A DNA stretch of 64,000 nt from an uncultured delta proteobacterium (lineage in GTDB: Bacteria; Myxococcota; B64-G9): positions 106,526 through 170,525 of the forward strand of contig CAVWHX010000009.1 in assembly GCA_963754925.1 (NCBI GenBank), in the 5' to 3' direction. The translations under genes were made by a program, and so were the position numbers. The notes under the pieces were generated by a model that ran no database searches, was not told the DNA's origin, and saw only the letters and a list, made by a program, of their open reading frames with translations. This document shows positions 1 through 12,935 of this stretch, one piece after another (positions within the stretch are counted from its first letter, which is position 1; each line of letters starts with the position of its first letter).

Positions 1-166
1 TCTTCATGAGCCCGCCGCCCGGATCCTCACCTGTTTTGATCATGGTGTAGGCGCCCTCGGGCATGGGCAGGTCCTCAAAGGTCCAACTGAAGAGCTTGCC
101 GTAAAAGGCCTTGGCTTTCGCAGGGTCATCTGTACTGAGCTCTACATGACAGAATGTATTTTTCAT
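1..166 (-). CDS. VOC family (glyoxalase/bleomycin-resistance-like) protein, runs off the window edge
   Basis: Manual translation MKNTFCHVELSTDDPAKAKAFYGKLFSWTFEDLPMPEGAYTMIKTGEDPGGGLMK; AAGGAG RBS upstream; not in the ORF track. Confidence 0.85.
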   Translation of the reverse strand, partial: MKNTFCHVELSTDDPAKAKAFYGKLFSWTFEDLPMPEGAYTMIKTGEDPGGGLMK

Positions 167-315
167 TTTCTTGCTCCTTCGTCGCAAAGGGGACACGAGA
201 TCCCCGCACTGGTTTGAAATAGGAACGTATGTACGAACTCGGAACGTGTCAACGCGCTGGAGAAAACCAACATGAGAATTCTATGAGGGCTCCGTCATGA
301 GGGAGAATTGGATTT

Positions 316-1365
316 TCAAAGAAATAGAATCTCTCCCGGCTGAATTATTTTGAGCTCCGCATCAAGCATTTTGGTTGAAGATAGTTCCTTGATACGCCGG
401 AGTGGTTCGCCCGGCGGTTCGTCCGAAAGGTCAAAGGTGCCGTAGTGCATGGGAATAAAAACCTTGGCCTTGAGGTCATTGCTGGCTTTGGCAGCGTCGT
501 CCGGCGACATATGGTTTTGCTTCATGATGTAATCGGGTTTGTAGGCGCCGATCGGCAGCAGCGCGATGTCTATGTTTGGGAAAAGCTTGGCTATCTGCGC
601 AAAATGTGTCCCGTATGCCGAATCGCCGGCAAAATAAATGGTGCTGTTTTTGCCTTTGATAATGTAGCTGCCCCAAAGCACATGGTTTCTGTCATTGAGA
701 GAACGCGCCGACCAGTGCCGCGCCGGAAGGAAATAAACCTCCGGGCCGTCGGTATGGTATTTTTGAAACCACCCGGCCTCTTCAACGGTTAGCGACGGAT
801 TGAAACCTCTCACGAGCCCACCCATGCGCAGCGGCAGCAGCGCCTTTGTCCCGGACAACTTGCTGTTTCTGATAGTGTATTTGTCGAGATGGTCGAAGTG
901 CGTGTGCGATACCAGAAGATAATCAATCCCTTTTATATCTGTTACCTCAATCGCCCTATCGCATTTCCTCGTATTAAAAGTGGTATCGCCGACCACGGGG
1001 TCCAGCAGCAGGGTTTTTCCATCTATCCGTATAAGAAACGATGACTGGCCAAGCCAGACGATCATGTCTTCCTTCATGCCGAATATTTGCGGTGCTCGGA
1101 GAACGGTGAGCCGGTAAGGATCGTTCTTCTTTTCCTCAGACTGCGGATTTGAAGAAAAAAGCCTCCATTGTATGACTCGTGCGAATGAAAGGTCCATCTC
1201 GTAGTCGGGATCGCGGAACACGTTACCGTCACGGATATTCCCCGGATAACCTTCAAGAACCACCGGAAGCTTTTCATTCCCGACATAGGTGACTGCAGCT
1301 TTTCTTTCAGACATGGTCGCACACGCCATAATTGCGGTTGATAAAATAATGATGAGCCATTTCAA
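316..1365 (-). CDS. MBL-fold metallo-hydrolase (NAPE-PLD/RomA-like), probable lipoprotein
   Basis: WLGQSS, SHTHFDHLD (HxHxDH), PARHWSAR, FAGDSAY, PIGAY, PMHYGTF. Start moved to TTG at 1365 (MKWLIIILSTAIMAC, lipobox-like) because the longer ORF overlaps the flavin reductase. Confidence 0.88.
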   Translation of the reverse strand: MKWLIIILSTAIMACATMSERKAAVTYVGNEKLPVVLEGYPGNIRDGNVFRDPDYEMDLSFARVIQWRLFSSNPQSEEKKNDPYRLTVLRAPQIFGMKEDMIVWLGQSSFLIRIDGKTLLLDPVVGDTTFNTRKCDRAIEVTDIKGIDYLLVSHTHFDHLDKYTIRNSKLSGTKALLPLRMGGLVRGFNPSLTVEEAGWFQKYHTDGPEVYFLPARHWSARSLNDRNHVLWGSYIIKGKNSTIYFAGDSAYGTHFAQIAKLFPNIDIALLPIGAYKPDYIMKQNHMSPDDAAKASNDLKAKVFIPMHYGTFDLSDEPPGEPLRRIKELSSTKMLDAELKIIQPGEILFL

Positions 1366-1387
1366 GGCAAACCCCGTGGGTGGTCGA

Positions 1388-1748
1388 TTAGCTCCGTCGC
1401 AATTCGTTTCCGACGGAGAACGCGTCGCCAAGTTTGTCGCCGATAGAATAATACGCCATACTACCGAATGAACCAAACAGCATTGGTCGCACCTTCTCGA
1501 TGTCTGGAATTTGATTGGGATTGAGAACCTCGCTATCGGCGACCATTCCGACAATTTCCCCAATGAACATGGTATGCAGGCCGAGATCGACCTGCTTGAC
1601 CAGATTGCATTCAAGCGCATAGGGAAATTCTTTTAATTCCTCCCCAGGCGGCATTCATGATATTGGGCCTGCCATCGGAGCCATACGTTCCTATGATGAG
1701 CACCGGAGAGGGGAGCAATATCGTTTGTGGTTGAAGGACGAGTTTCAT
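1388..1748 (-). pseudogene. Flavin reductase family (flavoredoxin-like) gene with internal deletion and frameshift
   Basis: N-terminus MKLVLQPQTILLPSPVLIIGTYGSDGRPNIMNAAWGGI joins out of frame to KEFPYALECNLVKQVDLGLHTMFIGEIV; the usual central segment is missing. Confidence 0.8.
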
Positions 1749-1821
1749 ACGTATCTCCTGGTATCGTGGTCGGCTATCGCGAAGGCCTAGGTACCGGTTT
1801 TTTGCATCGCCAGGGCGGATC

Positions 1822-4149
1822 TCAGCTGCCCTGCGCATTCTCCAATACCTCTCGAATCTTGGCAGACAGATCCCCAGCGCTGAATGGTTTCTGAATGAAG
1901 GACACCCCGGTCTCCAGCACACCGTGGTGGGCGATGATATCGGCTGTGTAACCCGACATGAATAGGCACCTAACTCCCGGGTAAAGGGACAGCACGTTCT
2001 TCGCCAGGTCGCGGCCGTTCATTTCGGGCATCACAACGTCGCTCAGGAGCAGGTGGATGTCACCCAGGTGCTCACGAGCAACGCGGATCGCTTCACCTGG
2101 AGTGCGCGTCGCCAACACGCGGTATCCGAGCTCCTTGAGCAGTCTCGTGATCAACCTCAAGATCGCAGACTCGTCCTCCACTACCAGGATGGTCTCACGG
2201 CCCGACCGTGTCGGACGTGCTTGCTCTGCCCCCGCCTGGGCGGCCTTGGACACGTACCGGGGCAGGTAGATCGTAAACGTCGTGCCCTGCTGCGGCGCAC
2301 TGGTGACGGTGATAATGCCGTTGTTCTGCTTGACGATTCCATACACCGTAGCCAGCCCGAGTCCAGTGCCCTTGCCCCCGCTTTTGGTGGTGAAGAACGG
2401 CTCGAAGATGCGCTTCTGCGTCTCTGCGTCCATGCCGCAACCGTTATCGCTCATGCACACCTGCACGTAGTCCCCGAGCACGAACCCCGGGTTACTGGTG
2501 CAGAAATTCTCATCGATGCTTCGGTTGGAAGTCTCGATGCTGACCGTGCCAATGTCGGCGATGGCGTCACGCGCGTTGACGCACAGATTGGTCAATATCT
2601 GGTCAACCTGGGAAGGGTCTATGAGGACCGGCCACAGGCCCGACCCCGGGTGCCAGGAGAGCGCGAGGTTCTCGCCCAGAATCCGACGGAGAATCTTGAG
2701 CAGGCCCCCAATAGACTCGTTCAGGTCGAGCGCCCGGGGGGCGATCGTCTGTCTGCGTGCAAACGCCAGCAGTTGTTGCGTAAGTTCCGCCGAACGGTTG
2801 GCTGCCGTGCGGATGTCGGTCAGGTCGCCATAGAGCGAGAGAGACGGGTCCACCGTCCCGATGGCATGCTGCACACTCATCTGGATGATGCTGAGCATGT
2901 TGTTGAAATCGTGTGCCACTCCGCCCGCGAGACGTCCGATCGACTCCATCTTCTGGGATTGGCGGAGCTGGTTTTCGAGATCCTCCTTTTGTGCCCGCGC
3001 CCGCTCACGCTCCGTGACATCTCTGGCTACGCCGAGAATATGTGGCACGTTGCCTATGAACAGGTTGTTGATGGAGAGCGAGACCCGGATCCGATCGCCG
3101 TTCTTGTTCCTGCCCCACATTTCCAGGTCCTTCACGAACCCCTTTTCCTTGAGCTGGGAGAGCAAGCGAGTTCGATCACTTGGGTCTTCGTACAGATTCA
3201 GATCCAGAGACGTCTTCCCGATAGCTTCATCGCGCTCGTAGCCAAAAACACTGACGAATTGGTTGTTGATATCGACGACCCGGCCTTCGTCGCGAGCGGC
3301 AATGTAGATCGCATCCAGGCCGGTCATAAACGCCTTTTTGAACTTCTCCTCGCTCACGCTGAGCGCCTCCTCGGCCCGTACGCGCTCGGTGACGTCGAGC
3401 ATGGATCCTATCATCCGTATGGCGTTACCTCGATCATCGCGCAGCACATAGCCGCGATCGAGGACCTCAGCCCAGCTTCCGTCAGCCTTTTGAAATCGAT
3501 ATTCGTCATGCCATCGGTCTTGCGCCGGGTCGTTCACCACGGCGAAGAAATTCCGATCTACCCTGTCCCGGTCGTCCGGGTGGACGCGCTCCACCCACCA
3601 GGCAGCATTCTGCGGCTGCGTTACAATATCGGTCCAACCAAAAACCTCCGTTCCGGATTCATTCCATTGTTGCGCGTCAGCAACAATATCCCAGTCCCAG
3701 ATTACCTCTCTCGTGGCTTTGCTCGCCAGCCGTAGTCGCTCGGACATCTCTCGGTATGCCGCTTCTGCACGCACGCGCTCGGAAATGTCGCGAACGACGC
3801 TCAGCAAGATGCGCTCGCCGCCGAGTGTCGCGCCCCGCGAGCTCACCTCGACGGGGAAGGTGGTCCCGTTTTTCCTCCGGTGAACGGTTTCGAACCGCGT
3901 CCCGGCGGCGTCAGCCAAGGCCATCTGGCCTGTGATCGCGCCCTGGGTCTCCGGAGCGCGAAGCTTCCGGACTGAGAGAGAGAGCAACTCTTCGCGGCTG
4001 TAACCGTAGGCGCTGAGGGCGGCGGCGTTGGCGCCAAGGATGCAGGTATCGTGTGGCGCGACGAGGAGAACGATGTCCGGCAGGAACTCGATCAGCTCCT
4101 CGATGCGCTGCTGGCTCTGAGTCGTGCTCGTTTCACCATTGGACGGCAT
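1822..4149 (-). CDS. Cytoplasmic PAS-PAS-PAS hybrid sensor histidine kinase/receiver
   Basis: Three PAS/PAC repeats, H-box [35 protein letters not shown]-terminal receiver (VVEDE...SDVVMP...QKPF); start at MPSNGE after an AAAGGGGGAG RBS. Confidence 0.93.
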   Translation of the reverse strand: MPSNGETSTTQSQQRIEELIEFLPDIVLLVAPHDTCILGANAAALSAYGYSREELLSLSVRKLRAPETQGAITGQMALADAAGTRFETVHRRKNGTTFPVEVSSRGATLGGERILLSVVRDISERVRAEAAYREMSERLRLASKATREVIWDWDIVADAQQWNESGTEVFGWTDIVTQPQNAAWWVERVHPDDRDRVDRNFFAVVNDPAQDRWHDEYRFQKADGSWAEVLDRGYVLRDDRGNAIRMIGSMLDVTERVRAEEALSVSEEKFKKAFMTGLDAIYIAARDEGRVVDINNQFVSVFGYERDEAIGKTSLDLNLYEDPSDRTRLLSQLKEKGFVKDLEMWGRNKNGDRIRVSLSINNLFIGNVPHILGVARDVTERERARAQKEDLENQLRQSQKMESIGRLAGGVAHDFNNMLSIIQMSVQHAIGTVDPSLSLYGDLTDIRTAANRSAELTQQLLAFARRQTIAPRALDLNESIGGLLKILRRILGENLALSWHPGSGLWPVLIDPSQVDQILTNLCVNARDAIADIGTVSIETSNRSIDENFCTSNPGFVLGDYVQVCMSDNGCGMDAETQKRIFEPFFTTKSGGKGTGLGLATVYGIVKQNNGIITVTSAPQQGTTFTIYLPRYVSKAAQAGAEQARPTRSGRETILVVEDESAILRLITRLLKELGYRVLATRTPGEAIRVAREHLGDIHLLLSDVVMPEMNGRDLAKNVLSLYPGVRCLFMSGYTADIIAHHGVLETGVSFIQKPFSAGDLSAKIREVLENAQGS

Positions 4150-4462
4150 GCAAACTCCCCCTTTGAGTTTGGCCGAGCACGCCAGCCTCACGACGTTGCG
4201 AGGCAGCGATCTCCAAGAATTATACGTCATGAGCGTGACGTTTACCAAAAGATACTGTTCGAATGAAATAACGAGTTATCAGCCAGGGACAGACCCCCGC
4301 CTCGCTCCCATTCGGTCGCGATCCGGTAAGAACGTGTTTGAGTCCTTGTCCCTACGGGCCAAGGATAATAACTTCTAACTGCCTCACTTCCTTCCAGTCG
4401 TGAGTCGGTAAGAAGTTATTATCAAATTGCATTAACCTTGCTCTTTCGTTAATATCGGGATC

Positions 4463-5374
4463 ATGAATGACTCGATCATCGTTGTGGCGGGAGCTACCGG
4501 TAATCTCGGCGGACGCATCGCGAGAGCTTTGCGCGAACGGGGAGCCAGCGTACGAGCGCTTGTTCGCCACGGCACAGCGCGAGAGAAAATTGAGCAACTG
4601 CAGGAGCTCGGCGTAGCGATTGCCCGTGTCGACTTGAGCAGCGCTTCCGAAGTGACACCGGCATGCTCGGGTGCGTCCTGCGTGGTGTCCGCGCTGCAGG
4701 GATTGCGGAACGTAATCGTGGAAACGCAAACGGCTCTACTCGACGCCGCGATCAAGGCCAACGTGCTCCGTTTCATTCCGTCCGACTACTCGATCGATTT
4801 CACCAAGTTTCCACCCGGAGAGAATCGCAATCTCGATCTGCGCCGAGACTTCCACCAGCGCCTGGACAAGACTTCGATTTCAGCAACCACGATCTTCAAT
4901 GGTGCGTTTACCGATATGCTGACCGGTCAGATGCCGCTCATTCTCTTCAAACTGAAACGAGTCCTCTATTGGGGAGATGCCGACCAGCGCATGGACTTCA
5001 CGACGATGGACGACACGGCTGCATTCACGGCAAGCGCGGCTCTTGATCCGTCCACCCCTCGCATGCTACGAATCGCTGGCGATCAACTCAGCGCCCGGGA
5101 GCTGACAGCGGTCGCTCGTGAGGTAACCGGAAAGAAGTTCCGCCTGTTTCGCGCCGGAGGTCTGGGAATGCTCGGCACGCTTATCAAGGTCGCGCGCACG
5201 GTCGCGCCCGGAGAAAAGGACCTTTTTCCGGCATGGCAGGGCATGCAGTACATGCGGAACATGTTCGACGGCCGGGCAAAGCTAGAGCCGCTCGACAATG
5301 ATCGATATCTCCGCATGCGTTGGACGACTGCGCGGGACGTGCTCTCAGCGCATCAAGTAAGGCGCCCATCGTAA
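4463..5374 (+). CDS. NmrA/isoflavone-reductase-like NAD(P)-binding protein
   Basis: VAGATGNLGG Rossmann motif, RFIPSDYS. Confidence 0.88.
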   Translation: MNDSIIVVAGATGNLGGRIARALRERGASVRALVRHGTAREKIEQLQELGVAIARVDLSSASEVTPACSGASCVVSALQGLRNVIVETQTALLDAAIKANVLRFIPSDYSIDFTKFPPGENRNLDLRRDFHQRLDKTSISATTIFNGAFTDMLTGQMPLILFKLKRVLYWGDADQRMDFTTMDDTAAFTASAALDPSTPRMLRIAGDQLSARELTAVAREVTGKKFRLFRAGGLGMLGTLIKVARTVAPGEKDLFPAWQGMQYMRNMFDGRAKLEPLDNDRYLRMRWTTARDVLSAHQVRRPS

Positions 5375-5536
5375 ATTCTGTTGCCAGCTTTCGCATCGAG
5401 AGGATCAGGTCAACGATTCGTATCTTTAGGCAATAATTTCTCCGCGGCGCTTGTTATATTGCAGGGTGCGCTCACCGAGGGTGAGCGCGGGAGCGACTTG
5501 GGTATCAGTGAATATTGTATATAGGAGGATAAATCC

Positions 5537-6595
5537 ATGTTAAACGCGAAAGCTTACTCCGCTGCCGGTGAGAGATCGCCGCTTGCCCCCACCACGATCG
5601 CGCGGCGCGATCCGACCAAACACGACGTTCAGATCGAAATCCTCTTCTGCGGCATCTGCCACTCCGATCTCCACCAAGTCCGTAACGAATGGGCCAACCT
5701 CATGCCCACGGTCTACCCGATTGTCCCGGGCCATGAGATCGTCGGCCGTGTCACCAAGGTCGGCTCGGCGGTCACCGCGTTCAAGCCCGGTGACCTCGCC
5801 GCGGTCGGCTGCATGGTCGACTCGGACGGTACCTGCGACCATTGCAAAGCCGGCTTTGAGCAGTTCTGCCCGACCATGACCCTCACCTTCAACTCCCCGG
5901 ACAAACACCTCGGGGGCGTCACCTATGGCGGCTACTCCGATAGCGTGGTCGTCAATGAACGCTTTGTCCTGCACGTCCCCTCCAACCTCGCTCTCGCCGG
6001 TGCCGCGCCACTCCTCTGCGCCGGGATCACGACCTACTCGCCCATGCGCCGCTGGGGCGTCGCACAGGGCAAGAACGTCGGCGTGGTTGGTCTTGGCGGA
6101 CTGGGGCACATGGGCGTAAAGTTTGCTCATGCGTTTGGAGCCCACGTCGTCGTCTTCACCACCTCGCCCGGCAAGAAGGAAGACGCGCTCCGCCTCGGCG
6201 CCGACGAAGTCGTCGTCTCCCGCGATGCCAACGAGATGCGGAAGCACGCCGGTAGCTTCGACTTCATCCTCGACGCCGTCGCCGCCGATCACGACATCAA
6301 CGCCTATATCAACCTGCTCCGCCGCGACGGCACCTTGACCCTGGTCGGCGCGCCGGCGAAGCCTCTCGCGGTCGCTGCCTTCGGCCTTCTGTTCGGACGT
6401 CGCAATCTCTCCGGCTCGCTCATAGGCGGCATCGCTGAAACCCAGGAGATGCTCGACTTTTGCGGGGCACAGAGCATCACCGCCGATGTCGAAGTCATCC
6501 CCATCCAGAAGGTCAATGAAGCCTACGAAAGAATGCTCAAGTCCGATGTGAAGTACCGCTTCTCCATCGACATGGCTTCTCTCAGATCTCAATAA
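5537..6595 (+). CDS. Zn-dependent NADP alcohol/aldehyde dehydrogenase (cinnamyl-ADH/YahK-like)
   Basis: CGICHSDLH, GHEIVG, GLGGLGH, DVKYRF; AGGAGG RBS. Confidence 0.95.
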   Translation: MLNAKAYSAAGERSPLAPTTIARRDPTKHDVQIEILFCGICHSDLHQVRNEWANLMPTVYPIVPGHEIVGRVTKVGSAVTAFKPGDLAAVGCMVDSDGTCDHCKAGFEQFCPTMTLTFNSPDKHLGGVTYGGYSDSVVVNERFVLHVPSNLALAGAAPLLCAGITTYSPMRRWGVAQGKNVGVVGLGGLGHMGVKFAHAFGAHVVVFTTSPGKKEDALRLGADEVVVSRDANEMRKHAGSFDFILDAVAADHDINAYINLLRRDGTLTLVGAPAKPLAVAAFGLLFGRRNLSGSLIGGIAETQEMLDFCGAQSITADVEVIPIQKVNEAYERMLKSDVKYRFSIDMASLRSQ

Positions 6596-6604
6596 CTCGC
6601 GTGA

Positions 6605-7618
<1,014 letters not shown>

Positions 7619-7674
7619 CGGCATCGCCAGGGGCGGCGCTTTCCGAGAGACTCGCCTAAGGAGGTGCGTAGCTT

Positions 7675-8235
7675 TTACTCCCACACCCCGTGAAACTTAC
7701 AATACGGCGCTCCCTCTGATACGCACTCAAGCTCCTTCATTTCTACGACTTTGAAACCGGTCATTTCGGCAACACCATGAAAATAACCGCGCATCCCATT
7801 ACAAAACGGCTTGCTCTGGGTAGGAAAATCCTTTATATAAACAAAGGCACTATTAGCGCTCTCCTTTTCCACTTCCAGCTTGCCATGCGTATGAACAAGA
7901 CCCCACATTTTTGCGGAAGTTTTAAGCATGAAATTCACATTCAATAATTTTATTAATGGCATATAGAATTTTGATACGCTCTTTTTAGCTTGATAGAGTC
8001 CTAATTGATATAAAGTTTCTTCGGGCGAAGGAGCAAATTTATCAATCGCCAAAAAAATATTACGGTAGGTTTCTTCAGGGAACCAGGCGGTCGACAGAAT
8101 TTCTTTATCAACTTCAGTCTTATCGCTATTACTAAGGCTATCGATAACTTTTTGCCAAATTTCGGCGCCGAACCGTTCAACAACAAACTCCCGGCTGGAA
8201 GTAACGCACCAAGCCTTAACCATCGGTTGATCCAT
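7675..8235 (-). CDS. H-NOX/V4R-like ligand-binding protein (reminiscent of DUF2378/TIGR02265-type proteins)
   Basis: N-terminal 'FVVERFGAEIWQKVI...AWFP' and C-terminal V4R-type ELECVSEGAPYCKF; AT-rich. Confidence 0.6.
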   Translation of the reverse strand: MDQPMVKAWCVTSSREFVVERFGAEIWQKVIDSLSNSDKTEVDKEILSTAWFPEETYRNIFLAIDKFAPSPEETLYQLGLYQAKKSVSKFYMPLIKLLNVNFMLKTSAKMWGLVHTHGKLEVEKESANSAFVYIKDFPTQSKPFCNGMRGYFHGVAEMTGFKVVEMKELECVSEGAPYCKFHGVWE

Positions 8236-8561
8236 TGATATTTACCCCCATGGAAATTATTTGATCGCGCGTAGATGATAAAAAAACCTTGAAAACTATT
8301 TCTATTGCCGGCTATTTCCAGACTCTGTGATACTTACGATAGGGATCGCATGCATAGGAAATTCAAACGCACTTTTGATCCCTTCACACTCTTCATTTCC
8401 AATAAAGCGTAGGACAGCGCTCTCTGAACTATAGTCCTATGTTTAACTCTCAAAACATCGCTGAGTCAACGATTGTGTCGGAGTAGGAATCATGATTGCC
8501 CACGCGCGGTTATGGCAGGCCCCGGTTTAGTTATTGGCGGGGACAGGGCCGCAGCAAGTGG

Positions 8562-8924
8562 TCAACCCGGAGGGGCTTTTTCTTCCTTTTCCTTCTTGGG
8601 CTTCTTTTCCTTAGGCGGCTTCGGGGCCTTGGGCTGGTCAGCCTCCTTAGCGGGCTTCCCCTCCTTAGCGGGCTTCCCCTCCTTAGCGGGCTTCTCCTCC
8701 TTGGCGGGCTTCTCGACCTGCTCGTTCTTGGGCGGCTCCCACTGTAGGGATTCGATGGATCGCTTGACCTTCCGAGCCTCGGCCAGAAGGTGACGCATCA
8801 TCGAGTTTTTCTGGATGACCTTCTCATCCAGTCCTCTTTCCTTCAGAACCTTCTTGTGGGCCTCAACCTGGGCCTTCACCAGGTTCAGTCGGTTTTCCCG
8901 CGCTTCCAGTTTCCTACTATTCAT
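8562..8924 (-). CDS. Small basic hypothetical protein with KPAKE repeats
   Basis: 120-aa ORF with helical N-half and Lys/Pro/Glu-rich tail; GAGG RBS. Confidence 0.75.
   Translation of the reverse strand: MNSRKLEARENRLNLVKAQVEAHKKVLKERGLDEKVIQKNSMMRHLLAEARKVKRSIESLQWEPPKNEQVEKPAKEEKPAKEGKPAKEGKPAKEADQPKAPKPPKEKKPKKEKEEKAPPG
8643..8714. repeat. 18-bp tandem repeat x4 (CTCCTTAGCGGGCTTCCC), coding
   Basis: Read directly; encodes (E/G)KPAKE on the minus strand. Confidence 0.9.
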
Positions 8925-9113
8925 GGGTGACCTCTCTCGCGAAATTATCGACGTTCAAAACGCCCCACCCTATGATGATCCCGGTTAGCTTGTCAAAGCC
9001 TTCCTTCGTTAACAAAAATGCCCACCGAGGGGTGAGCATTGACTATTTTGTCCTTACCCTATGGGCCAAGGCTACGGGACCATCAACTCGGAGTAGCACT
9101 TGGTATAGCTCCA

Positions 9114-9689
9114 TTATTTAAACAACTTCGGGATCAGCATCGGTGTTTTTCTTTTATATTCACGGTAGGTTTCGCCAAGACGTTTTTCCAGTTCAGGTTC
9201 TTCAATAAATTTAAATTCAAGAACACTGCAGACCACAAAGATCGGCGCAAAAACAAACAGCAGGGATAGAGATTCTATAATAAACCCAATTCCGAAGAGG
9301 ATGAAAAATATACCTGTCAGCATCGGGTTTCTTGCGTAAGCGTAGGGGCCGGTATTGACAAGTTTGGGGGGTGGGTTGACAGGTACGGGGGTTCCCTTCG
9401 CTTTCATAAAATGCAGGACTGACCATATCCACAGAAAAGCGCCAATTATAAGCAGTGGTATGGAAAGAATATAATCCCCGGGATATCGGACAGGTCCGGA
9501 AAAATTGAAAACCCCGTCGACCTTCAGCGCAAGAAATACCGTCAGTAAAACAACGGAAAGGAAAAGTGCGGCAAAGATAGGCGTAAAGATTATCCGTATA
9601 TTCCGTGCCCCTGTTACCACCCGATAAATGAAATCTACGACGATTTTCATGTCCTGATGCCTAACGAGCTTGTCGAAAAACTCCGTCAA
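9114..9689 (-). CDS. Isoprenylcysteine carboxyl methyltransferase/PEMT family membrane protein
   Basis: GTPVP...LVNTGPYAYARNPM, EEPELEKRLGETYREYKRKTP. Confidence 0.9.
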   Translation of the reverse strand: MTEFFDKLVRHQDMKIVVDFIYRVVTGARNIRIIFTPIFAALFLSVVLLTVFLALKVDGVFNFSGPVRYPGDYILSIPLLIIGAFLWIWSVLHFMKAKGTPVPVNPPPKLVNTGPYAYARNPMLTGIFFILFGIGFIIESLSLLFVFAPIFVVCSVLEFKFIEEPELEKRLGETYREYKRKTPMLIPKLFK

Positions 9690-9737
9690 TTGTTAAAACT
9701 ATAAAATTTAGACCATCAAAACACAAGCCTCTGCTCG

Positions 9738-10091
9738 TCAGGGTTTTAAAGCAGCCTCGCCCTTCTTTATCCTGTCTCGCACGATCAGGTACCATGGGAA
9801 TCCAATAATCCAAAGGCCGCAAAGCCCAATGAACAAAACCACCGGTCCGTACGATATGCCGGTCTTGTACTTCTTGAGGCCGATTCGGACTGAGTCACGA
9901 GACGCCCACAAGGCGGTTACTCCTATCATTAGGATTGTGAATACATGGTACGTTATTTTCCCGATCAGAACACCTTCTGCCTTCGACGCCGGTTTAGTAA
10001 TGAAGACAATAACAATGCAGGTGAGAAAAATGGCTAGGAATTCGACCAGAAATATTCCGGCGGTAATCAACAGGGCCTTTATTACTCTCAT
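9738..10091 (-). CDS. Hypothetical membrane protein (about 3 TM segments)
   Basis: Hydrophobic 117-aa ORF, LWIIGFPWYL. Confidence 0.7.
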   Translation of the reverse strand: MRVIKALLITAGIFLVEFLAIFLTCIVIVFITKPASKAEGVLIGKITYHVFTILMIGVTALWASRDSVRIGLKKYKTGISYGPVVLFIGLCGLWIIGFPWYLIVRDRIKKGEAALKP

Positions 10092-10365
10092 AAGTTATTT
10101 TCCCCCGATTGCCAACCTGCATACCAGTCATATTCCAAAAAGATCTTCCAAACAAATCTATGAGCGTTGTCGCCTCACTCCGAGTCTTATCGAGCTGCGA
10201 GAAGAAGCGCACGACGCCTATCCGGCCCGAGAAACGAGCAAAGTCAACGCCCAACTACGTTCCACTCAATCAGATAATAGGCTCTCCGCATGCTCACGGT
10301 ACGAGGCGAGTTTCATTTTGTTATTGCATTGGTTGGGATTAGTCAAACCGCAAGGCGTTGTTAAG

Positions 10366-10392
10366 AAAAAGGCCCACCATCCGGTGGGCCTT
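10366..10392 (-). terminator. Intrinsic terminator-like hairpin
   Basis: AAGGCCCACC-ATCC-GGTGGGCCTT with a flanking A5 tract (U-tract on the minus strand). Confidence 0.7.
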
Positions 10393-10527
10393 CTGGTTTA
10401 TTATCTCCCCAGGCTAGACGATTATCGAACCGCGATAATGGAGATGGGGGCGGCGTGAAAAAGGGTTGCCGATACCATCCTCCATCCCTTGTTTGTTTTG
10501 CTACATCAATCCCTCGAGGGACGACTA

Positions 10528-10626
10528 CTACTTCTTGACCTCGATCAGGGGAATATCCATTACCTTAGCCACGCCCTCTCCGTAGGCATCGTCCGCCTTG
10601 AGTCAGTTGCCGATGTGGCGCAGCTT
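10528..10626 (-). pseudogene. katA: Relic C-terminus of a monofunctional heme catalase
   Basis: Manual translation KLRHIGN*LKADDAYGEGVAKVMDIPLIEVKK*, matching the small-subunit catalase C-terminal pattern RHIxNCxKADPxYGxGVAxALG; TGA at the usual Cys position. Confidence 0.75.
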
Positions 10627-10636
10627 GTCGCCGCGC

Positions 10637-12918
<2,282 letters not shown>

Positions 12919-12935
12919 TTACTCCTTTCCTTGCT

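Noticed and set aside
1366..1620. N-terminal extensions in the ORF track (MBL hydrolase; also 4150-4248, 39635-39691, 55370-55537, 57419-57646)
   Set aside because: They overlap neighbouring genes or precede a better RBS/start codon
2053..3735. Long antisense ORFs (also 5540-6592, 11518-13125, 38618-39796, 46135-47814, 49925-51235)
   Set aside because: Shadow frames of GC-rich genes on the opposite strand with no recognisable motifs
9829..10458. 209-aa plus-strand ORF ending YLPRLDDYRT as a recombinase fragment
   Set aside because: Antisense to a membrane gene with no recombinase motifs; the ending is the translation of the tRNA-like remnant
10603..10605. In-frame TGA at a Cys position as selenocysteine
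   Set aside because: It lies in a 32-codon relic with no start; a TGC-to-TGA nonsense change is simpler
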